From NCBI GenBank assembly GCA_964016885.1, contig OZ024741.1:297104001-297168000 (forward strand): a stretch of DNA of 64,000 bases. Reading direction: 5' to 3'. The translations under genes and the position numbers were made by a program. Below the pieces are notes generated by a model. The model made no database searches, was not told the DNA's origin, and was given only the letters and a program-made list of their open reading frames with translations. This document shows, one piece after another, positions 63,584-64,000 of the stretch; position 1 is the stretch's first letter, and each line of letters opens with the position of its first letter. Source of the DNA: Eledone cirrhosa. Lineage: Eukaryota.

Positions 63584-63780
63584 CAACCTTCTAAACAACA
63601 ACTCCTCTCAGATTTTTATTATAACCTTCTTAACAACAATTCTTCCTCTCAGATTTTTATTATAACCTTCTTAACAACAATTCTTCCTCTCAGATTTTTA
63701 TTATAACCTTCTTAACAACAATTCTTCCTCTCAGATTTTTATTATAACCTTCTTAACAACAATTCTTCCTCTCAGATTTT
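63584..63780. repeat. 41-bp minisatellite, about 4.5 copies
   Basis: Unit tctcagatttttattataaccttcttaacaacaattcttcc. Confidence 0.9.
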
Positions 63781-63845
63781 GATTCATTTGTTCTTAATAT
63801 GAATTGAAGGGGAAAATATTGTGTTTCTTGTCATATTTAATCCAG

Positions 63846-64000
63846 AAACTTCAATGAATCAATGTCAAGTCTGAATGTCAAGAAGAAGTGGACAACAAAA
63901 TTGAGCAGTGCTGGTTTGGTCTACTACCATTTTGGAGAACGAATCATTCAAAAGGTTCTGAAATTAGGTGAGAAAGACAAACTTGTGACAAAAATTTTTG
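63846..64000 (+). CDS. MYG1: MYG1 exon 4 (runs off the window end)
   Basis: NFNESMSSLNVKKKWTTKLSSAGLVYYHFGERIIQKVL; tccag acceptor; phase is consistent. Confidence 0.95.

Overview
Eukaryotic, AT-rich, repeat-dense DNA. The (TA)n/(ATC)n microsatellites, RTE LINEs and Deu/Nin- and CORE-like SINEs suggest a coleoid cephalopod such as Octopus (inference). Two host genes lie head-to-head. USP8 is on the minus strand, with a probable non-coding first exon near 49.55 kb and eight phase-consistent coding exons from 38476 down to 17402; no catalytic-domain exons were found in the window. MYG1 is on the plus strand, with four exons from 58688 to the window end. The introns and the intergenic gap hold decayed CR1, RTE, CRE, LTR, Helitron, mariner and Chapaev3-like elements, plus a 5.3 kb 36-bp minisatellite whose long ORFs are artefacts. 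The most notable signal is a set of about 15 Penelope-like-element (PLE) insertions, mostly at (TA)n tracts. One is a near-full RT plus GIY-YIG element; most of the rest are short fold-back fragments. Many carry type I hammerhead ribozymes, including U3-A8 covariant cores. At least nine of these insertions, from several sequence-dissimilar families, end in the same small bulged hairpin, RCUC-[stem-loop]-YY-GAGY, a candidate conserved cis-acting RNA element of PLEs. All calls are by eye; no searches or folding programs were run.
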